64,000 nucleotides of DNA from Naegleria gruberi (lineage: Eukaryota): the NCBI GenBank assembly GCA_000004985.1, contig GG738923.1. The stretch is one strand, 5' to 3'. Both the position numbers and the translations under genes were made by a program. Of this stretch, positions 24,001 through 36,000 are shown piece by piece (within the stretch, counting starts at the first letter, position 1; every line of letters starts with the position of its first letter). Under the pieces are notes generated by a model, which did not search any database, was not told the origin of the DNA, and saw only the letters and a program-made list of their open reading frames with translations.

Positions 24001-27000
24001 NNNNNNNNNNNNNNNNNNNNNNNNNNNNNNNNNNNNNNNNNNNNNNNNNNNNNNNNNNNNNNNNNNNNNNNNNNNNNNNNNNNNNNNNNNNNNNNNNNNN
24101 NNNNNNNNNNNNNNNNNNNNNNNNNNNNNNNNNNNNNNNNNNNNNNNNNNNNNNNNNNNNNNNNNNNNNNNNNNNNNNNNNNNNNNNNNNNNNNNNNNNN
24201 NNNNNNNNNNNNNNNNNNNNNNNNNNNNNNNNNNNNNNNNNNNNNNNNNNNNNNNNNNNNNNNNNNNNNNNNNNNNNNNNNNNNNNNNNNNNNNNNNNNN
24301 NNNNNNNNNNNNNNNNNNNNNNNNNNNNNNNNNNNNNNNNNNNNNNNNNNNNNNNNNNNNNNNNNNNNNNNNNNNNNNNNNNNNNNNNNNNNNNNNNNNN
24401 NNNNNNNNNNNNNNNNNNNNNNNNNNNNNNNNNNNNNNNNNNNNNNNNNNNNNNNNNNNNNNNNNNNNNNNNNNNNNNNNNNNNNNNNNNNNNNNNNNNN
24501 NNNNNNNNNNNNNNNNNNNNNNNNNNNNNNNNNNNNNNNNNNNNNNNNNNNNNNNNNNNNNNNNNNNNNNNNNNNNNNNNNNNNNNNNNNNNNNNNNNNN
24601 NNNNNNNNNNNNNNNNNNNNNNNNNNNNNNNNNNNNNNNNNNNNNNNNNNNNNNNNNNNNNNNNNNNNNNNNNNNNNNNNNNNNNNNNNNNNNNNNNNNN
24701 NNNNNNNNNNNNNNNNNNNNNNNNNNNNNNNNNNNNNNNNNNNNNNNNNNNNNNNNNNNNNNNNNNNNNNNNNNNNNNNNNNNNNNNNNNNNNNNNNNNN
24801 NNNNNNNNNNNNNNNNNNNNNNNNNNNNNNNNNNNNNNNNNNNNNNNNNNNNNNNNNNNNNNNNNNNNNNNNNNNNNNNNNNNNNNNNNNNNNNNNNNNN
24901 NNNNNNNNNNNNNNNNNNNNNNNNNNNNNNNNNNNNNNNNNNNNNNNNNNNNNNNNNNNNNNNNNNNNNNNNNNNNNNNNNNNNNNNNNNNNNNNNNNNN
25001 NNNNNNNNNNNNNNNNNNNNNNNNNNNNNNNNNNNNNNNNNNNNNNNNNNNNNNNNNNNNNNNNNNNNNNNNNNNNNNNNNNNNNNNNNNNNNNNNNNNN
25101 NNNNNNNNNNNNNNNNNNNNNNNNNNNNNNNNNNNNNNNNNNNNNNNNNNNNNNNNNNNNNNNNNNNNNNNNNNNNNNNNNNNNNNNNNNNNNNNNNNNN
25201 NNNNNNNNNNNNNNNNNNNNNNNNNNNNNNNNNNNNNNNNNNNNNNNNNNNNNNNNNNNNNNNNNNNNNNNNNNNNNNNNNNNNNNNNNNNNNNNNNNNN
25301 NNNNNNNNNNNNNNNNNNNNNNNNNNNNNNNNNNNNNNNNNNNNNNNNNNNNNNNNNNNNNNNNNNNNNNNNNNNNNNNNNNNNNNNNNNNNNNNNNNNN
25401 NNNNNNNNNNNNNNNNNNNNNNNNNNNNNNNNNNNNNNNNNNNNNNNNNNNNNNNNNNNNNNNNNNNNNNNNNNNNNNNNNNNNNNNNNNNNNNNNNNNN
25501 NNNNNNNNNNNNNNNNNNNNNNNNNNNNNNNNNNNNNNNNNNNNNNNNNNNNNNNNNNNNNNNNNNNNNNNNNNNNNNNNNNNNNNNNNNNNNNNNNNNN
25601 NNNNNNNNNNNNNNNNNNNNNNNNNNNNNNNNNNNNNNNNNNNNNNNNNNNNNNNNNNNNNNNNNNNNNNNNNNNNNNNNNNNNNNNNNNNNNNNNNNNN
25701 NNNNNNNNNNNNNNNNNNNNNNNNNNNNNNNNNNNNNNNNNNNNNNNNNNNNNNNNNNNNNNNNNNNNNNNNNNNNNNNNNNNNNNNNNNNNNNNNNNNN
25801 NNNNNNNNNNNNNNNNNNNNNNNNNNNNNNNNNNNNNNNNNNNNNNNNNNNNNNNNNNNNNNNNNNNNNNNNNNNNNNNNNNNNNNNNNNNNNNNNNNNN
25901 NNNNNNNNNNNNNNNNNNNNNNNNNNNNNNNNNNNNNNNNNNNNNNNNNNNNNNNNNNNNNNNNNNNNNNNNNNNNNNNNNNNNNNNNNNNNNNNNNNNN
26001 NNNNNNNNNNNNNNNNNNNNNNNNNNNNNNNNNNNNNNNNNNNNNNNNNNNNNNNNNNNNNNNNNNNNNNNNNNNNNNNNNNNNNNNNNNNNNNNNNNNN
26101 NNNNNNNNNNNNNNNNNNNNNNNNNNNNNNNNNNNNNNNNNNNNNNNNNNNNNNNNNNNNNNNNNNNNNNNNNNNNNNNNNNNNNNNNNNNNNNNNNNNN
26201 NNNNNNNNNNNNNNNNNNNNNNNNNNNNNNNNNNNNNNNNNNNNNNNNNNNNNNNNNNNNNNNNNNNNNNNNNNNNNNNNNNNNNNNNNNNNNNNNNNNN
26301 NNNNNNNNNNNNNNNNNNNNNNNNNNNNNNNNNNNNNNNNNNNNNNNNNNNNNNNNNNNNNNNNNNNNNNNNNNNNNNNNNNNNNNNNNNNNNNNNNNNN
26401 NNNNNNNNNNNNNNNNNNNNNNNNNNNNNNNNNNNNNNNNNNNNNNNNNNNNNNNNNNNNNNNNNNNNNNNNNNNNNNNNNNNNNNNNNNNNNNNNNNNN
26501 NNNNNNNNNNNNNNNNNNNNNNNNNNNNNNNNNNNNNNNNNNNNNNNNNNNNNNNNNNNNNNNNNNNNNNNNNNNNNNNNNNNNNNNNNNNNNNNNNNNN
26601 NNNNNNNNNNNNNNNNNNNNNNNNNNNNNNNNNNNNNNNNNNNNNNNNNNNNNNNNNNNNNNNNNNNNNNNNNNNNNNNNNNNNNNNNNNNNNNNNNNNN
26701 NNNNNNNNNNNNNNNNNNNNNNNNNNNNNNNNNNNNNNNNNNNNNNNNNNNNNNNNNNNNNNNNNNNNNNNNNNNNNNNNNNNNNNNNNNNNNNNNNNNN
26801 NNNNNNNNNNNNNNNNNNNNNNNNNNNNNNNNNNNNNNNNNNNNNNNNNNNNNNNNNNNNNNNNNNNNNNNNNNNNNNNNNNNNNNNNNNNNNNNNNNNN
26901 NNNNNNNNNNNNNNNNNNNNNNNNNNNNNNNNNNNNNNNNNNNNNNNNNNNNNNNNNNNNNNNNNNNNNNNNNNNNNNNNNNNNNNNNNNNNNNNNNNNN

Positions 27001-30000
27001 NNNNNNNNNNNNNNNNNNNNNNNNNNNNNNNNNNNNNNNNNNNNNNNNNNNNNNNNNNNNNNNNNNNNNNNNNNNNNNNNNNNNNNNNNNNNNNNNNNNN
27101 NNNNNNNNNNNNNNNNNNNNNNNNNNNNNNNNNNNNNNNNNNNNNNNNNNNNNNNNNNNNNNNNNNNNNNNNNNNNNNNNNNNNNNNNNNNNNNNNNNNN
27201 NNNNNNNNNNNNNNNNNNNNNNNNNNNNNNNNNNNNNNNNNNNNNNNNNNNNNNNNNNNNNNNNNNNNNNNNNNNNNNNNNNNNNNNNNNNNNNNNNNNN
27301 NNNNNNNNNNNNNNNNNNNNNNNNNNNNNNNNNNNNNNNNNNNNNNNNNNNNNNNNNNNNNNNNNNNNNNNNNNNNNNNNNNNNNNNNNNNNNNNNNNNN
27401 NNNNNNNNNNNNNNNNNNNNNNNNNNNNNNNNNNNNNNNNNNNNNNNNNNNNNNNNNNNNNNNNNNNNNNNNNNNNNNNNNNNNNNNNNNNNNNNNNNNN
27501 NNNNNNNNNNNNNNNNNNNNNNNNNNNNNNNNNNNNNNNNNNNNNNNNNNNNNNNNNNNNNNNNNNNNNNNNNNNNNNNNNNNNNNNNNNNNNNNNNNNN
27601 NNNNNNNNNNNNNNNNNNNNNNNNNNNNNNNNNNNNNNNNNNNNNNNNNNNNNNNNNNNNNNNNNNNNNNNNNNNNNNNNNNNNNNNNNNNNNNNNNNNN
27701 NNNNNNNNNNNNNNNNNNNNNNNNNNNNNNNNNNNNNNNNNNNNNNNNNNNNNNNNNNNNNNNNNNNNNNNNNNNNNNNNNNNNNNNNNNNNNNNNNNNN
27801 NNNNNNNNNNNNNNNNNNNNNNNNNNNNNNNNNNNNNNNNNNNNNNNNNNNNNNNNNNNNNNNNNNNNNNNNNNNNNNNNNNNNNNNNNNNNNNNNNNNN
27901 NNNNNNNNNNNNNNNNNNNNNNNNNNNNNNNNNNNNNNNNNNNNNNNNNNNNNNNNNNNNNNNNNNNNNNNNNNNNNNNNNNNNNNNNNNNNNNNNNNNN
28001 NNNNNNNNNNNNNNNNNNNNNNNNNNNNNNNNNNNNNNNNNNNNNNNNNNNNNNNNNNNNNNNNNNNNNNNNNNNNNNNNNNNNNNNNNNNNNNNNNNNN
28101 NNNNNNNNNNNNNNNNNNNNNNNNNNNNNNNNNNNNNNNNNNNNNNNNNNNNNNNNNNNNNNNNNNNNNNNNNNNNNNNNNNNNNNNNNNNNNNNNNNNN
28201 NNNNNNNNNNNNNNNNNNNNNNNNNNNNNNNNNNNNNNNNNNNNNNNNNNNNNNNNNNNNNNNNNNNNNNNNNNNNNNNNNNNNNNNNNNNNNNNNNNNN
28301 NNNNNNNNNNNNNNNNNNNNNNNNNNNNNNNNNNNNNNNNNNNNNNNNNNNNNNNNNNNNNNNNNNNNNNNNNNNNNNNNNNNNNNNNNNNNNNNNNNNN
28401 NNNNNNNNNNNNNNNNNNNNNNNNNNNNNNNNNNNNNNNNNNNNNNNNNNNNNNNNNNNNNNNNNNNNNNNNNNNNNNNNNNNNNNNNNNNNNNNNNNNN
28501 NNNNNNNNNNNNNNNNNNNNNNNNNNNNNNNNNNNNNNNNNNNNNNNNNNNNNNNNNNNNNNNNNNNNNNNNNNNNNNNNNNNNNNNNNNNNNNNNNNNN
28601 NNNNNNNNNNNNNNNNNNNNNNNNNNNNNNNNNNNNNNNNNNNNNNNNNNNNNNNNNNNNNNNNNNNNNNNNNNNNNNNNNNNNNNNNNNNNNNNNNNNN
28701 NNNNNNNNNNNNNNNNNNNNNNNNNNNNNNNNNNNNNNNNNNNNNNNNNNNNNNNNNNNNNNNNNNNNNNNNNNNNNNNNNNNNNNNNNNNNNNNNNNNN
28801 NNNNNNNNNNNNNNNNNNNNNNNNNNNNNNNNNNNNNNNNNNNNNNNNNNNNNNNNNNNNNNNNNNNNNNNNNNNNNNNNNNNNNNNNNNNNNNNNNNNN
28901 NNNNNNNNNNNNNNNNNNNNNNNNNNNNNNNNNNNNNNNNNNNNNNNNNNNNNNNNNNNNNNNNNNNNNNNNNNNNNNNNNNNNNNNNNNNNNNNNNNNN
29001 NNNNNNNNNNNNNNNNNNNNNNNNNNNNNNNNNNNNNNNNNNNNNNNNNNNNNNNNNNNNNNNNNNNNNNNNNNNNNNNNNNNNNNNNNNNNNNNNNNNN
29101 NNNNNNNNNNNNNNNNNNNNNNNNNNNNNNNNNNNNNNNNNNNNNNNNNNNNNNNNNNNNNNNNNNNNNNNNNNNNNNNNNNNNNNNNNNNNNNNNNNNN
29201 NNNNNNNNNNNNNNNNNNNNNNNNNNNNNNNNNNNNNNNNNNNNNNNNNNNNNNNNNNNNNNNNNNNNNNNNNNNNNNNNNNNNNNNNNNNNNNNNNNNN
29301 NNNNNNNNNNNNNNNNNNNNNNNNNNNNNNNNNNNNNNNNNNNNNNNNNNNNNNNNNNNNNNNNNNNNNNNNNNNNNNNNNNNNNNNNNNNNNNNNNNNN
29401 NNNNNNNNNNNNNNNNNNNNNNNNNNNNNNNNNNNNNNNNNNNNNNNNNNNNNNNNNNNNNNNNNNNNNNNNNNNNNNNNNNNNNNNNNNNNNNNNNNNN
29501 NNNNNNNNNNNNNNNNNNNNNNNNNNNNNNNNNNNNNNNNNNNNNNNNNNNNNNNNNNNNNNNNNNNNNNNNNNNNNNNNNNNNNNNNNNNNNNNNNNNN
29601 NNNNNNNNNNNNNNNNNNNNNNNNNNNNNNNNNNNNNNNNNNNNNNNNNNNNNNNNNNNNNNNNNNNNNNNNNNNNNNNNNNNNNNNNNNNNNNNNNNNN
29701 NNNNNNNNNNNNNNNNNNNNNNNNNNNNNNNNNNNNNNNNNNNNNNNNNNNNNNNNNNNNNNNNNNNNNNNNNNNNNNNNNNNNNNNNNNNNNNNNNNNN
29801 NNNNNNNNNNNNNNNNNNNNNNNNNNNNNNNNNNNNNNNNNNNNNNNNNNNNNNNNNNNNNNNNNNNNNNNNNNNNNNNNNNNNNNNNNNNNNNNNNNNN
29901 NNNNNNNNNNNNNNNNNNNNNNNNNNNNNNNNNNNNNNNNNNNNNNNNNNNNNNNNNNNNNNNNNNNNNNNNNNNNNNNNNNNNNNNNNNNNNNNNNNNN

Positions 30001-33000
30001 NNNNNNNNNNNNNNNNNNNNNNNNNNNNNNNNNNNNNNNNNNNNNNNNNNNNNNNNNNNNNNNNNNNNNNNNNNNNNNNNNNNNNNNNNNNNNNNNNNNN
30101 NNNNNNNNNNNNNNNNNNNNNNNNNNNNNNNNNNNNNNNNNNNNNNNNNNNNNNNNNNNNNNNNNNNNNNNNNNNNNNNNNNNNNNNNNNNNNNNNNNNN
30201 NNNNNNNNNNNNNNNNNNNNNNNNNNNNNNNNNNNNNNNNNNNNNNNNNNNNNNNNNNNNNNNNNNNNNNNNNNNNNNNNNNNNNNNNNNNNNNNNNNNN
30301 NNNNNNNNNNNNNNNNNNNNNNNNNNNNNNNNNNNNNNNNNNNNNNNNNNNNNNNNNNNNNNNNNNNNNNNNNNNNNNNNNNNNNNNNNNNNNNNNNNNN
30401 NNNNNNNNNNNNNNNNNNNNNNNNNNNNNNNNNNNNNNNNNNNNNNNNNNNNNNNNNNNNNNNNNNNNNNNNNNNNNNNNNNNNNNNNNNNNNNNNNNNN
30501 NNNNNNNNNNNNNNNNNNNNNNNNNNNNNNNNNNNNNNNNNNNNNNNNNNNNNNNNNNNNNNNNNNNNNNNNNNNNNNNNNNNNNNNNNNNNNNNNNNNN
30601 NNNNNNNNNNNNNNNNNNNNNNNNNNNNNNNNNNNNNNNNNNNNNNNNNNNNNNNNNNNNNNNNNNNNNNNNNNNNNNNNNNNNNNNNNNNNNNNNNNNN
30701 NNNNNNNNNNNNNNNNNNNNNNNNNNNNNNNNNNNNNNNNNNNNNNNNNNNNNNNNNNNNNNNNNNNNNNNNNNNNNNNNNNNNNNNNNNNNNNNNNNNN
30801 NNNNNNNNNNNNNNNNNNNNNNNNNNNNNNNNNNNNNNNNNNNNNNNNNNNNNNNNNNNNNNNNNNNNNNNNNNNNNNNNNNNNNNNNNNNNNNNNNNNN
30901 NNNNNNNNNNNNNNNNNNNNNNNNNNNNNNNNNNNNNNNNNNNNNNNNNNNNNNNNNNNNNNNNNNNNNNNNNNNNNNNNNNNNNNNNNNNNNNNNNNNN
31001 NNNNNNNNNNNNNNNNNNNNNNNNNNNNNNNNNNNNNNNNNNNNNNNNNNNNNNNNNNNNNNNNNNNNNNNNNNNNNNNNNNNNNNNNNNNNNNNNNNNN
31101 NNNNNNNNNNNNNNNNNNNNNNNNNNNNNNNNNNNNNNNNNNNNNNNNNNNNNNNNNNNNNNNNNNNNNNNNNNNNNNNNNNNNNNNNNNNNNNNNNNNN
31201 NNNNNNNNNNNNNNNNNNNNNNNNNNNNNNNNNNNNNNNNNNNNNNNNNNNNNNNNNNNNNNNNNNNNNNNNNNNNNNNNNNNNNNNNNNNNNNNNNNNN
31301 NNNNNNNNNNNNNNNNNNNNNNNNNNNNNNNNNNNNNNNNNNNNNNNNNNNNNNNNNNNNNNNNNNNNNNNNNNNNNNNNNNNNNNNNNNNNNNNNNNNN
31401 NNNNNNNNNNNNNNNNNNNNNNNNNNNNNNNNNNNNNNNNNNNNNNNNNNNNNNNNNNNNNNNNNNNNNNNNNNNNNNNNNNNNNNNNNNNNNNNNNNNN
31501 NNNNNNNNNNNNNNNNNNNNNNNNNNNNNNNNNNNNNNNNNNNNNNNNNNNNNNNNNNNNNNNNNNNNNNNNNNNNNNNNNNNNNNNNNNNNNNNNNNNN
31601 NNNNNNNNNNNNNNNNNNNNNNNNNNNNNNNNNNNNNNNNNNNNNNNNNNNNNNNNNNNNNNNNNNNNNNNNNNNNNNNNNNNNNNNNNNNNNNNNNNNN
31701 NNNNNNNNNNNNNNNNNNNNNNNNNNNNNNNNNNNNNNNNNNNNNNNNNNNNNNNNNNNNNNNNNNNNNNNNNNNNNNNNNNNNNNNNNNNNNNNNNNNN
31801 NNNNNNNNNNNNNNNNNNNNNNNNNNNNNNNNNNNNNNNNNNNNNNNNNNNNNNNNNNNNNNNNNNNNNNNNNNNNNNNNNNNNNNNNNNNNNNNNNNNN
31901 NNNNNNNNNNNNNNNNNNNNNNNNNNNNNNNNNNNNNNNNNNNNNNNNNNNNNNNNNNNNNNNNNNNNNNNNNNNNNNNNNNNNNNNNNNNNNNNNNNNN
32001 NNNNNNNNNNNNNNNNNNNNNNNNNNNNNNNNNNNNNNNNNNNNNNNNNNNNNNNNNNNNNNNNNNNNNNNNNNNNNNNNNNNNNNNNNNNNNNNNNNNN
32101 NNNNNNNNNNNNNNNNNNNNNNNNNNNNNNNNNNNNNNNNNNNNNNNNNNNNNNNNNNNNNNNNNNNNNNNNNNNNNNNNNNNNNNNNNNNNNNNNNNNN
32201 NNNNNNNNNNNNNNNNNNNNNNNNNNNNNNNNNNNNNNNNNNNNNNNNNNNNNNNNNNNNNNNNNNNNNNNNNNNNNNNNNNNNNNNNNNNNNNNNNNNN
32301 NNNNNNNNNNNNNNNNNNNNNNNNNNNNNNNNNNNNNNNNNNNNNNNNNNNNNNNNNNNNNNNNNNNNNNNNNNNNNNNNNNNNNNNNNNNNNNNNNNNN
32401 NNNNNNNNNNNNNNNNNNNNNNNNNNNNNNNNNNNNNNNNNNNNNNNNNNNNNNNNNNNNNNNNNNNNNNNNNNNNNNNNNNNNNNNNNNNNNNNNNNNN
32501 NNNNNNNNNNNNNNNNNNNNNNNNNNNNNNNNNNNNNNNNNNNNNNNNNNNNNNNNNNNNNNNNNNNNNNNNNNNNNNNNNNNNNNNNNNNNNNNNNNNN
32601 NNNNNNNNNNNNNNNNNNNNNNNNNNNNNNNNNNNNNNNNNNNNNNNNNNNNNNNNNNNNNNNNNNNNNNNNNNNNNNNNNNNNNNNNNNNNNNNNNNNN
32701 NNNNNNNNNNNNNNNNNNNNNNNNNNNNNNNNNNNNNNNNNNNNNNNNNNNNNNNNNNNNNNNNNNNNNNNNNNNNNNNNNNNNNNNNNNNNNNNNNNNN
32801 NNNNNNNNNNNNNNNNNNNNNNNNNNNNNNNNNNNNNNNNNNNNNNNNNNNNNNNNNNNNNNNNNNNNNNNNNNNNNNNNNNNNNNNNNNNNNNNNNNNN
32901 NNNNNNNNNNNNNNNNNNNNNNNNNNNNNNNNNNNNNNNNNNNNNNNNNNNNNNNNNNNNNNNNNNNNNNNNNNNNNNNNNNNNNNNNNNNNNNNNNNNN

Positions 33001-36000
33001 NNNNNNNNNNNNNNNNNNNNNNNNNNNNNNNNNNNNNNNNNNNNNNNNNNNNNNNNNNNNNNNNNNNNNNNNNNNNNNNNNNNNNNNNNNNNNNNNNNNN
33101 NNNNNNNNNNNNNNNNNNNNNNNNNNNNNNNNNNNNNNNNNNNNNNNNNNNNNNNNNNNNNNNNNNNNNNNNNNNNNNNNNNNNNNNNNNNNNNNNNNNN
33201 NNNNNNNNNNNNNNNNNNNNNNNNNNNNNNNNNNNNNNNNNNNNNNNNNNNNNNNNNNNNNNNNNNNNNNNNNNNNNNNNNNNNNNNNNNNNNNNNNNNN
33301 NNNNNNNNNNNNNNNNNNNNNNNNNNNNNNNNNNNNNNNNNNNNNNNNNNNNNNNNNNNNNNNNNNNNNNNNNNNNNNNNNNNNNNNNNNNNNNNNNNNN
33401 NNNNNNNNNNNNNNNNNNNNNNNNNNNNNNNNNNNNNNNNNNNNNNNNNNNNNNNNNNNNNNNNNNNNNNNNNNNNNNNNNNNNNNNNNNNNNNNNNNNN
33501 NNNNNNNNNNNNNNNNNNNNNNNNNNNNNNNNNNNNNNNNNNNNNNNNNNNNNNNNNNNNNNNNNNNNNNNNNNNNNNNNNNNNNNNNNNNNNNNNNNNN
33601 NNNNNNNNNNNNNNNNNNNNNNNNNNNNNNNNNNNNNNNNNNNNNNNNNNNNNNNNNNNNNNNNNNNNNNNNNNNNNNNNNNNNNNNNNNNNNNNNNNNN
33701 NNNNNNNNNNNNNNNNNNNNNNNNNNNNNNNNNNNNNNNNNNNNNNNNNNNNNNNNNNNNNNNNNNNNNNNNNNNNNNNNNNNNNNNNNNNNNNNNNNNN
33801 NNNNNNNNNNNNNNNNNNNNNNNNNNNNNNNNNNNNNNNNNNNNNNNNNNNNNNNNNNNNNNNNNNNNNNNNNNNNNNNNNNNNNNNNNNNNNNNNNNNN
33901 NNNNNNNNNNNNNNNNNNNNNNNNNNNNNNNNNNNNNNNNNNNNNNNNNNNNNNNNNNNNNNNNNNNNNNNNNNNNNNNNNNNNNNNNNNNNNNNNNNNN
34001 NNNNNNNNNNNNNNNNNNNNNNNNNNNNNNNNNNNNNNNNNNNNNNNNNNNNNNNNNNNNNNNNNNNNNNNNNNNNNNNNNNNNNNNNNNNNNNNNNNNN
34101 NNNNNNNNNNNNNNNNNNNNNNNNNNNNNNNNNNNNNNNNNNNNNNNNNNNNNNNNNNNNNNNNNNNNNNNNNNNNNNNNNNNNNNNNNNNNNNNNNNNN
34201 NNNNNNNNNNNNNNNNNNNNNNNNNNNNNNNNNNNNNNNNNNNNNNNNNNNNNNNNNNNNNNNNNNNNNNNNNNNNNNNNNNNNNNNNNNNNNNNNNNNN
34301 NNNNNNNNNNNNNNNNNNNNNNNNNNNNNNNNNNNNNNNNNNNNNNNNNNNNNNNNNNNNNNNNNNNNNNNNNNNNNNNNNNNNNNNNNNNNNNNNNNNN
34401 NNNNNNNNNNNNNNNNNNNNNNNNNNNNNNNNNNNNNNNNNNNNNNNNNNNNNNNNNNNNNNNNNNNNNNNNNNNNNNNNNNNNNNNNNNNNNNNNNNNN
34501 NNNNNNNNNNNNNNNNNNNNNNNNNNNNNNNNNNNNNNNNNNNNNNNNNNNNNNNNNNNNNNNNNNNNNNNNNNNNNNNNNNNNNNNNNNNNNNNNNNNN
34601 NNNNNNNNNNNNNNNNNNNNNNNNNNNNNNNNNNNNNNNNNNNNNNNNNNNNNNNNNNNNNNNNNNNNNNNNNNNNNNNNNNNNNNNNNNNNNNNNNNNN
34701 NNNNNNNNNNNNNNNNNNNNNNNNNNNNNNNNNNNNNNNNNNNNNNNNNNNNNNNNNNNNNNNNNNNNNNNNNNNNNNNNNNNNNNNNNNNNNNNNNNNN
34801 NNNNNNNNNNNNNNNNNNNNNNNNNNNNNNNNNNNNNNNNNNNNNNNNNNNNNNNNNNNNNNNNNNNNNNNNNNNNNNNNNNNNNNNNNNNNNNNNNNNN
34901 NNNNNNNNNNNNNNNNNNNNNNNNNNNNNNNNNNNNNNNNNNNNNNNNNNNNNNNNNNNNNNNNNNNNNNNNNNNNNNNNNNNNNNNNNNNNNNNNNNNN
35001 NNNNNNNNNNNNNNNNNNNNNNNNNNNNNNNNNNNNNNNNNNNNNNNNNNNNNNNNNNNNNNNNNNNNNNNNNNNNNNNNNNNNNNNNNNNNNNNNNNNN
35101 NNNNNNNNNNNNNNNNNNNNNNNNNNNNNNNNNNNNNNNNNNNNNNNNNNNNNNNNNNNNNNNNNNNNNNNNNNNNNNNNNNNNNNNNNNNNNNNNNNNN
35201 NNNNNNNNNNNNNNNNNNNNNNNNNNNNNNNNNNNNNNNNNNNNNNNNNNNNNNNNNNNNNNNNNNNNNNNNNNNNNNNNNNNNNNNNNNNNNNNNNNNN
35301 NNNNNNNNNNNNNNNNNNNNNNNNNNNNNNNNNNNNNNNNNNNNNNNNNNNNNNNNNNNNNNNNNNNNNNNNNNNNNNNNNNNNNNNNNNNNNNNNNNNN
35401 NNNNNNNNNNNNNNNNNNNNNNNNNNNNNNNNNNNNNNNNNNNNNNNNNNNNNNNNNNNNNNNNNNNNNNNNNNNNNNNNNNNNNNNNNNNNNNNNNNNN
35501 NNNNNNNNNNNNNNNNNNNNNNNNNNNNNNNNNNNNNNNNNNNNNNNNNNNNNNNNNNNNNNNNNNNNNNNNNNNNNNNNNNNNNNNNNNNNNNNNNNNN
35601 NNNNNNNNNNNNNNNNNNNNNNNNNNNNNNNNNNNNNNNNNNNNNNNNNNNNNNNNNNNNNNNNNNNNNNNNNNNNNNNNNNNNNNNNNNNNNNNNNNNN
35701 NNNNNNNNNNNNNNNNNNNNNNNNNNNNNNNNNNNNNNNNNNNNNNNNNNNNNNNNNNNNNNNNNNNNNNNNNNNNNNNNNNNNNNNNNNNNNNNNNNNN
35801 NNNNNNNNNNNNNNNNNNNNNNNNNNNNNNNNNNNNNNNNNNNNNNNNNNNNNNNNNNNNNNNNNNNNNNNNNNNNNNNNNNNNNNNNNNNNNNNNNNNN
35901 NNNNNNNNNNNNNNNNNNNNNNNNNNNNNNNNNNNNNNNNNNNNNNNNNNNNNNNNNNNNNNNNNNNNNNNNNNNNNNNNNNNNNNNNNNNNNNNNNNNN